DNA from: an uncultured Candidatus Saccharibacteria bacterium
GTDB lineage: Bacteria > Patescibacteriota > Minisyncoccia > Phycocordibacterales > UBA12445
Reading direction: 5' to 3'
NCBI GenBank assembly: GCA_964446095.1
Contig: CAYUNB010000001.1
Location: forward strand, 1-36,773
Length of the DNA: 36,773 nucleotides
The position numbers and the translations under genes are program-made. Below are positions 1-7,203 of the stretch, piece after piece. Every line of letters begins with the position of its first letter. Position 1 is the stretch's first letter. A model generated the notes under the pieces. That model worked only from the letters and a program-made list of their open reading frames with translations. It did no database searches and was not told the origin of the DNA.

Positions 1-1573
1 GCGGGTCGAAGATCATCTTTATAGCCTCGAAAATTTTATACGCCTCCTCGCTGAACATCTTCTGGATATATGGCCCACGCAAGAGGCCGTCGTTATGCTC
101 GGCCGAAATCGAACCGCCGTAGCGTAATACCAAATTATAAACCTCCTCCATTGAAGGTCGGATCTTATCTCGCTCTCGCGGATCAGTAAGGTCCATCAGC
201 GGGATTATATGGAAGTTACCGTCGCCGACATGGCCAGCGATAGTATAGAGCAGCTTGTAGCGATCAAGTATCTCATAAAGTTGAGGTAGAAACTCCGGCA
301 AGTGTTCAGGCCGGACTATCAAATCGTCGATATAAGGCGCTGTCTGCTTACCGATCACCTTATGGCGGAGAAGATTGAAGCTCTCGCGCCTGATCGTCCA
401 ATATTTACGCTCGTCATTGCCACTTCGCGCTACTCGCCATTCGTAGCCCATTCCATCAATCTTATCTGTAAGCATCTTCATTTTCTCTCTAAGATTCGCC
501 TCGTCATCTTCCCGGAACTCAATGAGGAGCATCAGCTTCGGCAGCCCGATCTTCGCGACGTGGAAAACGTCAGGAATAAAAGAAAGCAAAAGAGAGAAAA
601 GATTCTTGTAGCCCATCAGTGCTGCTAGACCCGGCAGGAACTTAAGCGAGAGCTTAAGTGTATGGTCGTCGAAGGACTCGAGGCTATTAGGGCTGAACTT
701 AAGTATCTCATTGATGAGCTGTGGCAGACCATTTAGATTCTTCAGATAGACAACGGTCATACCGGAGTAAGGCTTAGTTTTCACAAGCTGGAATGTGGCT
801 TCGGTCATGATACCAAGCGTCCCCTGCGCCCCGACGAAGAGCTTCGTCATGTCGAAGATGCCGGTATCGCGATCCCAAACGTCCCAGATATTGTAACCGA
901 CAGAGTTCTTCGAGACCTTCGGCTTAGCATCTTTCGCCGCGCGATAGTTGCTCTCAAGCAGGCCGAAGGCGGCACGATAGATGCCGCCTTCGAAGTCGAT
1001 CCGCTTCATCTTCTCATCGAGCTCCGTGTTAACCAGCTTCTTAACTCCTAAGTCCTTGCCGTAAGCAAGAACACGCTGTAAAGACTCTACAAAGTTCTGC
1101 TCCTTGCCGTAGATAAGCGACTGCTCGCCGCCGGAGTTGTTATTGACGATGCCGCCTATCGCACAGAGCTCTCGCGAGGCCGGGTAAGATGGCAAGATGT
1201 AATCTTTAGTCAGAGTCACCCTCTCGAAGTCGCGGTAGTAGACTCCTGGTCCGGCGCTGATACGGCCGTCATCGCTGATAGGTCCCAGCCAGTTGAAATA
1301 TTTAAGGAAGTCGATAACGATAGAATCAGAGAGCGGTCCGCCGGTCATATCGGTACCGGCTGAACGAGCAGTGAGAGACAGTGATGGGTTCTGCCGTTTC
1401 TCGGCAAGAACCAGCTTCACCAGGCTCTTTATATCTTCGCTATTTCTCGGCGCCACCACCACTTGCGGCCTTACCTCGAAGAGACTGGCATCTTTAGAGA
1501 AATTATCCAGAACTGACGCATCGGCAGAGACATCGCCAGCCACCACCCTTTTGAGATCTTCGTAGAGCGCCAT
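1..1573 (-). CDS. FAD-binding oxidoreductase, GlcD / D-lactate dehydrogenase family (C-terminal end runs off the left edge)
   Basis: It is absent from the ORF track because no stop lies inside the window. Hand translation of the minus strand from ATG 1573-1571 gives MALYEDLKRVVAGDVSADASVLDNFSKDASLFEVRPQVVVAPRNSEDIKSLVKLV..TARSAGTDMTGGPL..ELCAIGGIVNNNSGGEQS. The same frame is still open at the left edge (..AYKIFEAIKMIFDP). This layout fits PCMH-type FAD_binding_4 oxidases with the C-terminal K..FDP motif. Confidence 0.8.
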   Translation of the reverse strand, partial: MALYEDLKRVVAGDVSADASVLDNFSKDASLFEVRPQVVVAPRNSEDIKSLVKLVLAEKRQNPSLSLTARSAGTDMTGGPLSDSIVIDFLKYFNWLGPISDDGRISAGPGVYYRDFERVTLTKDYILPSYPASRELCAIGGIVNNNSGGEQSLIYGKEQNFVESLQRVLAYGKDLGVKKLVNTELDEKMKRIDFEGGIYRAAFGLLESNYRAAKDAKPKVSKNSVGYNIWDVWDRDTGIFDMTKLFVGAQGTLGIMTEATFQLVKTKPYSGMTVVYLKNLNGLPQLINEILKFSPNSLESFDDHTLKLSLKFLPGLAALMGYKNLFSLLLSFIPDVFHVAKIGLPKLMLLIEFREDDEANLREKMKMLTDKIDGMGYEWRVARSGNDERKYWTIRRESFNLLRHKVIGKQTAPYIDDLIVRPEHLPEFLPQLYEILDRYKLLYTIAGHVGDGNFHIIPLMDLTDPRERDKIRPSMEEVYNLVLRYGGSISAEHNDGLLRGPYIQKMFSEEAYKIFEAIKMIFDP

Positions 1574-1615
1574 TTGCCATCATTCTATCACCACTCTTGC
1601 TAAAAAAGAAAATCT

Positions 1616-1646
1616 GGACGAAAAAGGCCCCGACGCGGGTCGGGGC
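1616..1646 (-). terminator. Intrinsic terminator after the HD-domain gene
   Basis: The stem is GCCCCGAC (1627-1634) paired with GTCGGGGC (1639-1646), with loop GCGG. On the minus strand a U-run follows (complement of AAAAA 1621-1625). Confidence 0.7.
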
Positions 1647-1652
1647 TTATAA

Positions 1653-2315
1653 CTAAACGCAAATGGAACCGGTGGCTGGTTCTTCGGAACGCTTGAGCTC
1701 TATCTCGAGCTCTTCGATAGCAGCCAGGATTTCGTGGTAGAGGATCAGGTGCTTCTCGGCATAAGGCAGGTAGTAGAGCTTGGTCTCTTCGATCTTCCGC
1801 CTGATCTTCTCGGGCTTGCAGGCGCCGAGTGTCAGGAGGTTATGCAGACGATCAGGAAGCTTAATGAGAAAGAAACCTCGATCAGCAGTGGCGAAGAGCT
1901 CATGGTAAGCATGGTCACGTTCCTCTTCAGAAACGAAGTCGGCAACGTCACCCTTCTTCAGCCGCTCCGTGTACATAGCAACTCTTCGTCCATAGACCCT
2001 CTCAACTCTCTCGACGGGCCAGTACTTGATATCTTCCGGACCATCGTGAATCAGTCCGGCCATGATCAGTTCATGGTCCTTGACTCGCAAGTAGACCATC
2101 ATGATGAGGGCTACCGCCCGCAAATGTTCGAAGTAACGCTCGCCGCTCTCGCGATAATACTCTCTGAAGGCATCCTTCATCGAGTCGTAGGCCCGCTCGA
2201 TCTCGGTATAGCGGGGATCAAGCGGCGGGAAGATCCTGGAGACCAGCTTGAGGAAATCTTCCTTGTTCCCAGGGTTGGCGAGAATCGCCTTCACCTTGTC
2301 GAGCATGCCGAGCAT
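1653..2315 (-). CDS. HD-domain phosphohydrolase, RelA/SpoT-type (p)ppGpp hydrolase-like
   Basis: The motifs are H..LIHDGPEDI and LIKLPDRLHNLLTL, as in the SpoT/Mesh1 hydrolase domain. The start is moved to ATG 2315 (MLGMLDKV) because GAGGAGG lies 9 nt upstream. The track ORF extends to 2351. Confidence 0.7.
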   Translation of the reverse strand: MLGMLDKVKAILANPGNKEDFLKLVSRIFPPLDPRYTEIERAYDSMKDAFREYYRESGERYFEHLRAVALIMMVYLRVKDHELIMAGLIHDGPEDIKYWPVERVERVYGRRVAMYTERLKKGDVADFVSEEERDHAYHELFATADRGFFLIKLPDRLHNLLTLGACKPEKIRRKIEETKLYYLPYAEKHLILYHEILAAIEELEIELKRSEEPATGSICV

Positions 2316-2375
2316 CTGCAGTCGCCTCCTCTTTGGCTCTCTTAAGAGCAATTCAACGTCCCGGTGTCTAGTTTA

Positions 2376-2404
2376 ATATTAAAGTAAATAAATTAATAAG
2401 TCAA
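2376..2404 (-). promoter_or_regulatory. Sigma-70-like promoter for the HD-domain gene
   Basis: On the minus strand: TTGACT (2404-2399), 17 nt, TAATAT (2381-2376). Confidence 0.55.
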
Positions 2405-2418
2405 TACCCCTGATAATA

Positions 2419-2447
2419 TTGCCAATGAGGGCTCTTTTATATATTAT
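2419..2447 (+). promoter_or_regulatory. Sigma-70-like promoter for the three-gene small-ORF operon
   Basis: TTGCCA (2419-2424), 17 nt, TATTAT (2442-2447). It is followed by AGGAGG and ATG 2480. Confidence 0.45.
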
Positions 2448-2479
2448 TGGCCTAGATTTGACATTGCAGGAGGTGGCGT

Positions 2480-2677
2480 ATGGTTCGCGTCTCGACGAAT
2501 ATCGGGGAAAGGACCTATTCTGCTGAAATTTCCGATGATACTTATGAACTTCTTCGGGATGGAGCGGCACTACGCCGGAAGCCGCCGGAGTGGTTCCTCT
2601 TCCTCGTAGTTGTGTATTATGGAGACCTTACGGAAGCGAATATCCTGAAGTTTATGGATGAGAAGTGGGTGATTTAA
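2480..2677 (+). CDS. Small hypothetical protein, putative ribbon-helix-helix-like fold
   Basis: AGGAGG lies 7 nt upstream of the ATG. The 65-aa product has an N-terminal beta-strand-like VRVSTNI followed by two helices. It is a paralog of the next ORF. Confidence 0.55.
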   Translation: MVRVSTNIGERTYSAEISDDTYELLRDGAALRRKPPEWFLFLVVVYYGDLTEANILKFMDEKWVI

Positions 2678-2678
2678 A

Positions 2679-2894
2679 ATGATCACTATTTCAGTGACGG
2701 TCAACGGGGTGACGCAGTCATCTGCTGTATCGAAGGAAACGGCCAAGATTCTGAAGTACAGCTCGGCTGTTTTAAATCGATCCGAGAGCCATCTGCTGCG
2801 AGAGACAGTTAAGAAGCATGGTCTACTCAGTGAGATCAACTTGCTCCGCTTCCTCTACTGGACTCTCGAAGCAGCTGGCTTCTCCGAAGGTTAA
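2679..2894 (+). CDS. Small hypothetical protein, paralog of 2480..2677
   Basis: It starts 1 nt after the previous stop. The two products align: ISVTVNG..SSAVSKETAKILKYSSAVLNRSESHLL..GLLSEINLLRFL against VRVSTNIG..SAEISDDTYELLRDGAALRRKPPEWFL..GDLTEANILKFM. Confidence 0.55.
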   Translation: MITISVTVNGVTQSSAVSKETAKILKYSSAVLNRSESHLLRETVKKHGLLSEINLLRFLYWTLEAAGFSEG

Positions 2895-2895
2895 A

Positions 2896-3099
2896 ATGGC
2901 TGGAGCAGCAGTGTGCATAGAACCAGACGCACCTGTCGTCGAGTGTGCTGTCTGCCGGCGCGATGTCCACACCTGCCAGAAGTTTAAGGCGAGCAAGCCA
3001 AGCGACTACCTCCCCTGCCCTATTCACCCAGATAGTATCCAGCTGCCAGACCGCCGATGGGTCTGTTCTTATGAGTGTCTAGAGCTTATCACTGACTAA
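2896..3099 (+). CDS. Cys-rich small protein (possible zinc ribbon)
   Basis: ATG 2896 lies 1 nt after the stop of the previous ORF. The track ORF starts earlier, at 2818, overlapping that ORF. The 67-aa product has 7 Cys, including ECAVCRRDVHTC and VCSYEC. A terminator follows immediately. Confidence 0.5.
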   Translation: MAGAAVCIEPDAPVVECAVCRRDVHTCQKFKASKPSDYLPCPIHPDSIQLPDRRWVCSYECLELITD

Positions 3100-3100
3100 A

Positions 3101-3129
3101 AGTCCCGCCAGAGCGGGACTTATTTTTTA
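3101..3129. terminator. Bidirectional intrinsic terminator
   Basis: AGTCCCGC (3101-3108) pairs with GCGGGACT (3113-3120) around loop CAGA. T-runs lie on both sides. It sits between the convergent plus-strand operon and the minus-strand secA operon. Confidence 0.75.
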
Positions 3130-3500
3130 TATGTTGCCAGAAAATCTAGAAAATCTTTTTCGTTCGCAAAAATCTGACTATCCTTAATCACAGGAGCAAA
3201 TGTTTTTAAAATATCTTGCCATTCAGATTCAGTAACTCTTAATGCCATTTTGGTCTCAAGAGGTACGTCATACCGCCAAACCTTGATGTATCCGTACCTA
3301 TCTCCTGTTCCAGTAAAAACATCGAGATCGTGACCGTCCTCGCTGTTATAGCCTTCTATGTATCCATAATCAACAGGATAAGTTACGCCAGCCAACGGAT
3401 AGTCTTTCCAGACAGGGTCATTTTCAATCTCAAAAGACTTATAGCTTCCTTTGGGATTTTCTATAACTACTTTTGGTTCCGGTTTTTTAATCTCTTGCAT
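3120..3500 (-). CDS. Inorganic pyrophosphatase-like protein (short form)
   Basis: ENPKGSYKSFE..YPVDYGYIEGYNSEDGHDLDVF resembles the family I PPase core (E.PKGS, YP.NYGFIP, DGD.LDV). At 126 aa it is shorter than canonical PPases. Confidence 0.55.
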   Translation of the reverse strand: MQEIKKPEPKVVIENPKGSYKSFEIENDPVWKDYPLAGVTYPVDYGYIEGYNSEDGHDLDVFTGTGDRYGYIKVWRYDVPLETKMALRVTESEWQDILKTFAPVIKDSQIFANEKDFLDFLATYKK

Positions 3501-3512
3501 TAGTTTGATAAA

Positions 3513-3863
3513 TTATTTCCAGACTCTTTTCTTATTAATCTCTTCTTTATCACGAAAAGCTTTCTCGATATTAACTCTATATCTATTGGCAATAGCGCAC
3601 AGAACAATCAGAATATCGGCGATCTCTTCATCTATACTGGTGGTCTTAGAGTTGGGATCAGTTTTTATAACCTTCTCAAACTTCCTGACCGCCTTGAATA
3701 GCTCCCCTATCTCCTCGCCAAGCAAGATACACTTATGGTGCCCAAATTCATTATCAAAACCTCTTTCCTTCTCTAGCCTAGCAACATATTTCTGAATGTC
3801 AGCCAGAGTTGGATCTTTCTTAAGTATTAGCTTGGAGTTTATTTTCTTCATTCTCTTCCCCAA
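3513..3863 (-). CDS. MazG-like nucleotide pyrophosphohydrolase
   Basis: LGEEIGELFKAVRK and EEIADILIVLCAIANRYRVNIEKAF are the typical MazG EExxE/helix pairs. Confidence 0.75.
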   Translation of the reverse strand: MGKRMKKINSKLILKKDPTLADIQKYVARLEKERGFDNEFGHHKCILLGEEIGELFKAVRKFEKVIKTDPNSKTTSIDEEIADILIVLCAIANRYRVNIEKAFRDKEEINKKRVWK

Positions 3864-4054
3864 TCAACTTTATTCCAGATCCTTTCGTGCAGGTAATAGA
3901 GTATCGTGCTGCCTAGGTTAGAGAAGAGTATGACTACTAGCGCCAGCTCATATCGGCCTGTGATAGCGGTGATGATAAGGAAGTCAGAAGTCATAACCGC
4001 CACACGGAAGGTCAGTGACTTAACTAGTGAGCGTTTGAAATCTTCTTGATGCAT
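3848..4054 (-). CDS. DUF2061-type small membrane protein
   Basis: KSLTFRV..TSDFLIITAITG..STILYYLHERIWNKVDWG matches my recollection of the DUF2061 signature. Its start overlaps the secA stop by 1 nt (TAATG). Confidence 0.6.
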   Translation of the reverse strand: MHQEDFKRSLVKSLTFRVAVMTSDFLIITAITGRYELALVVILFSNLGSTILYYLHERIWNKVDWGRE

Positions 4055-6594
4055 TATTTCTTCGCCATCAAACGCTGGTGCTCATCTGTATTCAGCGCTC
4101 CGCACTTTTTATACTTCTTGCCCGAGCCGCATGGGCAGAGCTCGTTCCTACCAACTTCAGACTTGTCGGCAGTATCAGGATGGTCAGGCCGATCAGCTTC
4201 TGCACCATCTATAACTTTGGCAGATTCATGAACCTCCTTAACCTCCGCACGCTTCGCTTCCGCCGCCTTACTGCCAAGCGAAGGTATGAGCTTTATAAGT
4301 GTCGCACCGATAGAAGCTTCAAGATCGCGGAAGAGCCGTAGGGCCTCGCGCTTATACTCGACGAGCGGATCGCGCTGGCCGTAGGCACGCAGGCGCACGG
4401 AGGAACGCATATAGTCCATCTGTTCAAGATGATCTACCCAGAGCATGTCGAGTACCTGCACAGCCAGCATGCGCAGAGACTTGCGATAAGCCTCCTCGCC
4501 AAGTTCTGTCTTTTTATCGTCCAATAATTTTCTTACTGATTCAGACTCCTCGGGGGCCTGTTCCAGCTGGCGGCTGATGAGCTCTTCCACGTAACTATCG
4601 TCACCAAAGAGAACCTTGCGCCGGCGCTCATAAGTGATCGAGCGCTGGTGGGACATGACGTCGTCATATTCGAGTAAGTGCTTCCTGGTGTCGAAGTTCA
4701 GCCCTTCGATCTTAGTCTGAGCAGCTTCAATGGATTTAGAGACGAAACGATTCTGGATCGGCTCATCCTCCGGAATACCGGCCCGGCTCATCATCGACTT
4801 AACCATGCCGGAGGCGAAGATGCGCATCAGGTTATCTTCAAGAGAGACGAAGAACTGCGTCTCGCCCGGATCACCCTGGCGGCCCGAACGGCCTCGGAGC
4901 TGGTTGTCTATGCGCCGAGCATCGTGGCGCTCCGTGCCTAAAACGAAAAGCCCGCCGAGAGACTTGATATCTTCATAGCGATCAGGGGTAGCTAAGATGC
5001 CACCAAGCTTAATATCGACGCCGCGGCCTGCCATGTTGGTAGCGATAGTAACGCCGCCCTTATTGCCAGCACCGGCGACAATTTCACCTTCACGTTCGTG
5101 GTTCTTAGCATTAAGTAGCTCGTGCGGCACACCTTCGCGCTTCAGATAGTCGGAGAGCATCTCATTTTTCTCAATCGACACAGTGCCGACAAGTACCGGC
5201 TGGCCCTTCTGATTCAGCTCCTTGATCTTCTTAGCTATCGCCTTGAATTTGCCAGCTTCGGTCTGGAAGACTAAATCGTCCAAATCTTTTCTCTGGCTTT
5301 TGCGATGAGTCGGTACGACAATAGTCTCAAGACTGTAAACTTTCCTGAACTCTTCGGCAGATGTCTCAGCTGTACCCGTCATGCCGGAAAGTTTCTTATA
5401 TAAGCGGAAATAGTTCTGCAGGGTGATCGTCGCCATAGTTTTAGATTCACGCTGAATGTTGACGCCCTCCTTAGCCTCCACCGCTTGGTGCAAACCCTCC
5501 GACCAGCGGCGTCCAGGCTGAAGCCTGCCAGTGGACTCGTCGACGATAATAACCTCACCGTCCTTGACTACATACTCTTTATCGCGGAGATATAACGCCT
5601 TAGCACGGACAGCTGTCTCAAGATGGTGAACATACTTAATGCCGCCTTCGGTGTATATGTTCTCCACTCCCAACTCCTTCTCTGCCTTATTGATACCTGT
5701 CTCTGTGAGAGAGATACTCTTAAATTTCTCGTCGACGGTATAGTCCTCCTCTCGATTGAACTTGCGAACGAGCTTGGCAAACACCTTGTAAAGGTCTTCG
5801 GACTCTGAAGTAGTAGAAGAGATGATAAGCGGCGTGCGAGCCTCATCGATAAGAATCGAGTCGACCTCGTCGACGATGGCGAAGTTATGTACTGTCTTGC
5901 CTTCCGCATCAAGCCGCTGAACGATGTCGTCGGTCGTATAGCTAATGTTATCTCTCAAGTAGTCGAAGCCGAACTCGTGATTAGTGCCGTAGGTGATATC
6001 AGCCAGGTACGCCTCCTTCCTCGTACATGGCTTCAAGAAATCATAAACAACTCTAAAAGAGCCGAGATCGTCGCGCTCTTTGTCAGACTCTTTATGCTTC
6101 GGGTCGTAAAGATAGGATGACTGATGATTAATGACGGAGACGGAGAGACCGAGAAGATTGTAGATCTGGCCCATCCAGACAGTATCGCGGCGAGCGAGGT
6201 AGTCGTTGACAGTGACGATATGAACGCCCCGACCGGAGAGCGCGTTCAAGTATGCTGGCAGAGTCGCAACTTGTGTCTTGCCTTCTCCAGTGCGCATCTC
6301 AGCGACACTGCCCCGATGGAGGAAGATACCGCCCATGATCTGCACATCGTAATGCCGCTGTCCAAGCGTGCGCCTTGCAGCCTCACGGACAAGAGCGAAG
6401 GCTTCCGGCAGGATGTCGTCGAGTGTTTCACCCTCTGCCAGGCGAGTCTTAAACTCAGCTGTCTTAATCTTCAGATCCTCATCAGCTAAGGCCTGGAGGG
6501 AAGGCTCGAAGCCTGCCACAGCAGACAAAAGAGGCTTTAATTTAGAGGCCTCGCGATCGCTCTTGGTACCAAATATTTTGTCTATTAAAAACAT
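4054..6594 (-). CDS. secA: Preprotein translocase ATPase SecA
   Basis: The 846-aa product has the DEAD-like motor motifs (MRTGEGKT, DEVDSILIDEARTPLIIS, TNMAGRGVDIKLGG). It also has the C-terminal zinc finger CPCGSGKKYKKCG. Confidence 0.97.
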   Translation of the reverse strand: MFLIDKIFGTKSDREASKLKPLLSAVAGFEPSLQALADEDLKIKTAEFKTRLAEGETLDDILPEAFALVREAARRTLGQRHYDVQIMGGIFLHRGSVAEMRTGEGKTQVATLPAYLNALSGRGVHIVTVNDYLARRDTVWMGQIYNLLGLSVSVINHQSSYLYDPKHKESDKERDDLGSFRVVYDFLKPCTRKEAYLADITYGTNHEFGFDYLRDNISYTTDDIVQRLDAEGKTVHNFAIVDEVDSILIDEARTPLIISSTTSESEDLYKVFAKLVRKFNREEDYTVDEKFKSISLTETGINKAEKELGVENIYTEGGIKYVHHLETAVRAKALYLRDKEYVVKDGEVIIVDESTGRLQPGRRWSEGLHQAVEAKEGVNIQRESKTMATITLQNYFRLYKKLSGMTGTAETSAEEFRKVYSLETIVVPTHRKSQRKDLDDLVFQTEAGKFKAIAKKIKELNQKGQPVLVGTVSIEKNEMLSDYLKREGVPHELLNAKNHEREGEIVAGAGNKGGVTIATNMAGRGVDIKLGGILATPDRYEDIKSLGGLFVLGTERHDARRIDNQLRGRSGRQGDPGETQFFVSLEDNLMRIFASGMVKSMMSRAGIPEDEPIQNRFVSKSIEAAQTKIEGLNFDTRKHLLEYDDVMSHQRSITYERRRKVLFGDDSYVEELISRQLEQAPEESESVRKLLDDKKTELGEEAYRKSLRMLAVQVLDMLWVDHLEQMDYMRSSVRLRAYGQRDPLVEYKREALRLFRDLEASIGATLIKLIPSLGSKAAEAKRAEVKEVHESAKVIDGAEADRPDHPDTADKSEVGRNELCPCGSGKKYKKCGALNTDEHQRLMAKK

Positions 6595-6617
6595 AGTGTG
6601 TGCCGGTCATTATAGCA
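6595..6617 (-). promoter_or_regulatory. Extended -10 promoter plus 14-nt Shine-Dalgarno-less leader of secA
   Basis: The minus strand reads TGC-TATAAT-GACCGGCACACACT-ATG, with the -10 box at 6614-6609. It is nearly identical to the module in front of rpsZ. Confidence 0.5.
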
Positions 6618-6620
6618 GAA

Positions 6621-6656
6621 AACTATAAAAAAATCTCTCCATATGAGGAGAGATTT
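6621..6656 (-). terminator. Intrinsic terminator upstream of secA
   Basis: AAATCTCTCC (6631-6640) pairs with GGAGAGATTT (6647-6656). On the minus strand it is followed by TTTTTTATAGTTTT. Confidence 0.6.
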
Positions 6657-6670
6657 TTCTTAAGCGGTTA

Positions 6671-6757
6671 TTACCACTTCTTCTTGGCAACCTTCTTCTT
6701 AGCTGCCTTCTTCGGAGCCTTCTTCTTAGCTACTTTCTTCTTTGCCATTTTTTTCAT
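6671..6757 (-). CDS. Candidate 28-aa Lys/Ala-rich basic micropeptide
   Basis: Hand translation gives MKKMAKKKVAKKKAPKKAAKKKVAKKKW followed by a stop. The terminator at 6621-6656 follows it. It has no good Shine-Dalgarno site and is low in complexity. Confidence 0.3.
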   Translation of the reverse strand: MKKMAKKKVAKKKAPKKAAKKKVAKKKW

Positions 6758-6923
6758 TTTTTTCAATCGAGTAACCTACAACAATATTCGACCTTTAAAT
6801 TTTTTCAAAAAATTTTTTCAGAAAATATTGCTGCTAATAATATAATTATCTCGCAAACAAAATTAAACAACAATATTTTTTTGGGGATAACTTTTAAATT
6901 TTTAAAAAAATAAATCTATGAGT

Positions 6924-6969
6924 GGAAAATTTTTTTCTTTTTTTAAAAAAATATAAAAAAAAATTTTCC
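6924..6969. repeat. Inverted repeat enclosing a pure A/T tract
   Basis: GGAAAATTT (6924-6932) pairs with AAATTTTCC (6961-6969), with 28 nt of only A/T between them. Confidence 0.5.
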
Positions 6970-7030
6970 GCAGCGAAAGACTGACAAAAAAATATTCTGA
7001 GGTGGCTCAATCGCGCTGCGACAAAATAAA

Positions 7031-7060
7031 AAATCTCCGGAAAATTTCCGGAGATTTTTT
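7031..7060. terminator. Terminator-like hairpin with T/A runs on both sides
   Basis: AAATCTCCGG (7031-7040) pairs with CCGGAGATTT (7048-7057). It has TTTTTT downstream on the plus strand and TTTTATTTT downstream on the minus strand. Confidence 0.55.
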
Positions 7061-7068
7061 ATTTCATT

Positions 7069-7139
7069 CTGGAGTAGGATCAGCAGACGCTTACTCCAAA
7101 ACAAATATCATTTTGAGTGCTCTGCTGACCTTACTCAAG
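7069..7139. other. Long imperfect hairpin (about 19 stacked positions plus a 6-bp apical extension)
   Basis: CTGGAGTAGGATCAGCAGA (7069-7087) pairs with TCTGCTGACCTTACTCAAG (7121-7139), giving 16 pairs. The inner helix is GC..ACTC (7089-7096) with GAGTGC (7115-7120). Confidence 0.4.
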
Positions 7140-7203
7140 AACGAATCAGGTCAACCAGAACATTTATATTCTAAGTTAGGACAAAGAAAAATGCAACTCG
7201 CTC

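Noticed and set aside
1734-2345. Long antisense or alternative-frame ORFs lie inside confidently assigned genes. Examples are 1734..2345, 14246..14743, 14773..15219, 19959..20345, 24262..24795, 30089..30649, 33880..34422 and 35627..36097.
   Set aside because: Each lies wholly within a gene whose product has clear family motifs or better start signals. None has a convincing ribosome-binding site. These are typical shadow ORFs in roughly 50% GC DNA.
6600-6845. An 81-aa plus-strand ORF rich in Phe (..FFLATFFLAAFFGAFFLATFFFAIFF..).
   Set aside because: It is the reverse-complement shadow of the Lys-codon (AAG/AAA) repeat. It has no Shine-Dalgarno site and runs through a terminator hairpin.
6760-7000. 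The A/T-only tract and a DnaA-box-like TGGGGATAA (6881-6889) could mark a replication origin.
   Set aside because: There is only one box, with one mismatch to TGTGGATAA. There is no cluster of boxes and no dnaA/dnaN nearby. GC skew cannot be judged from this window.
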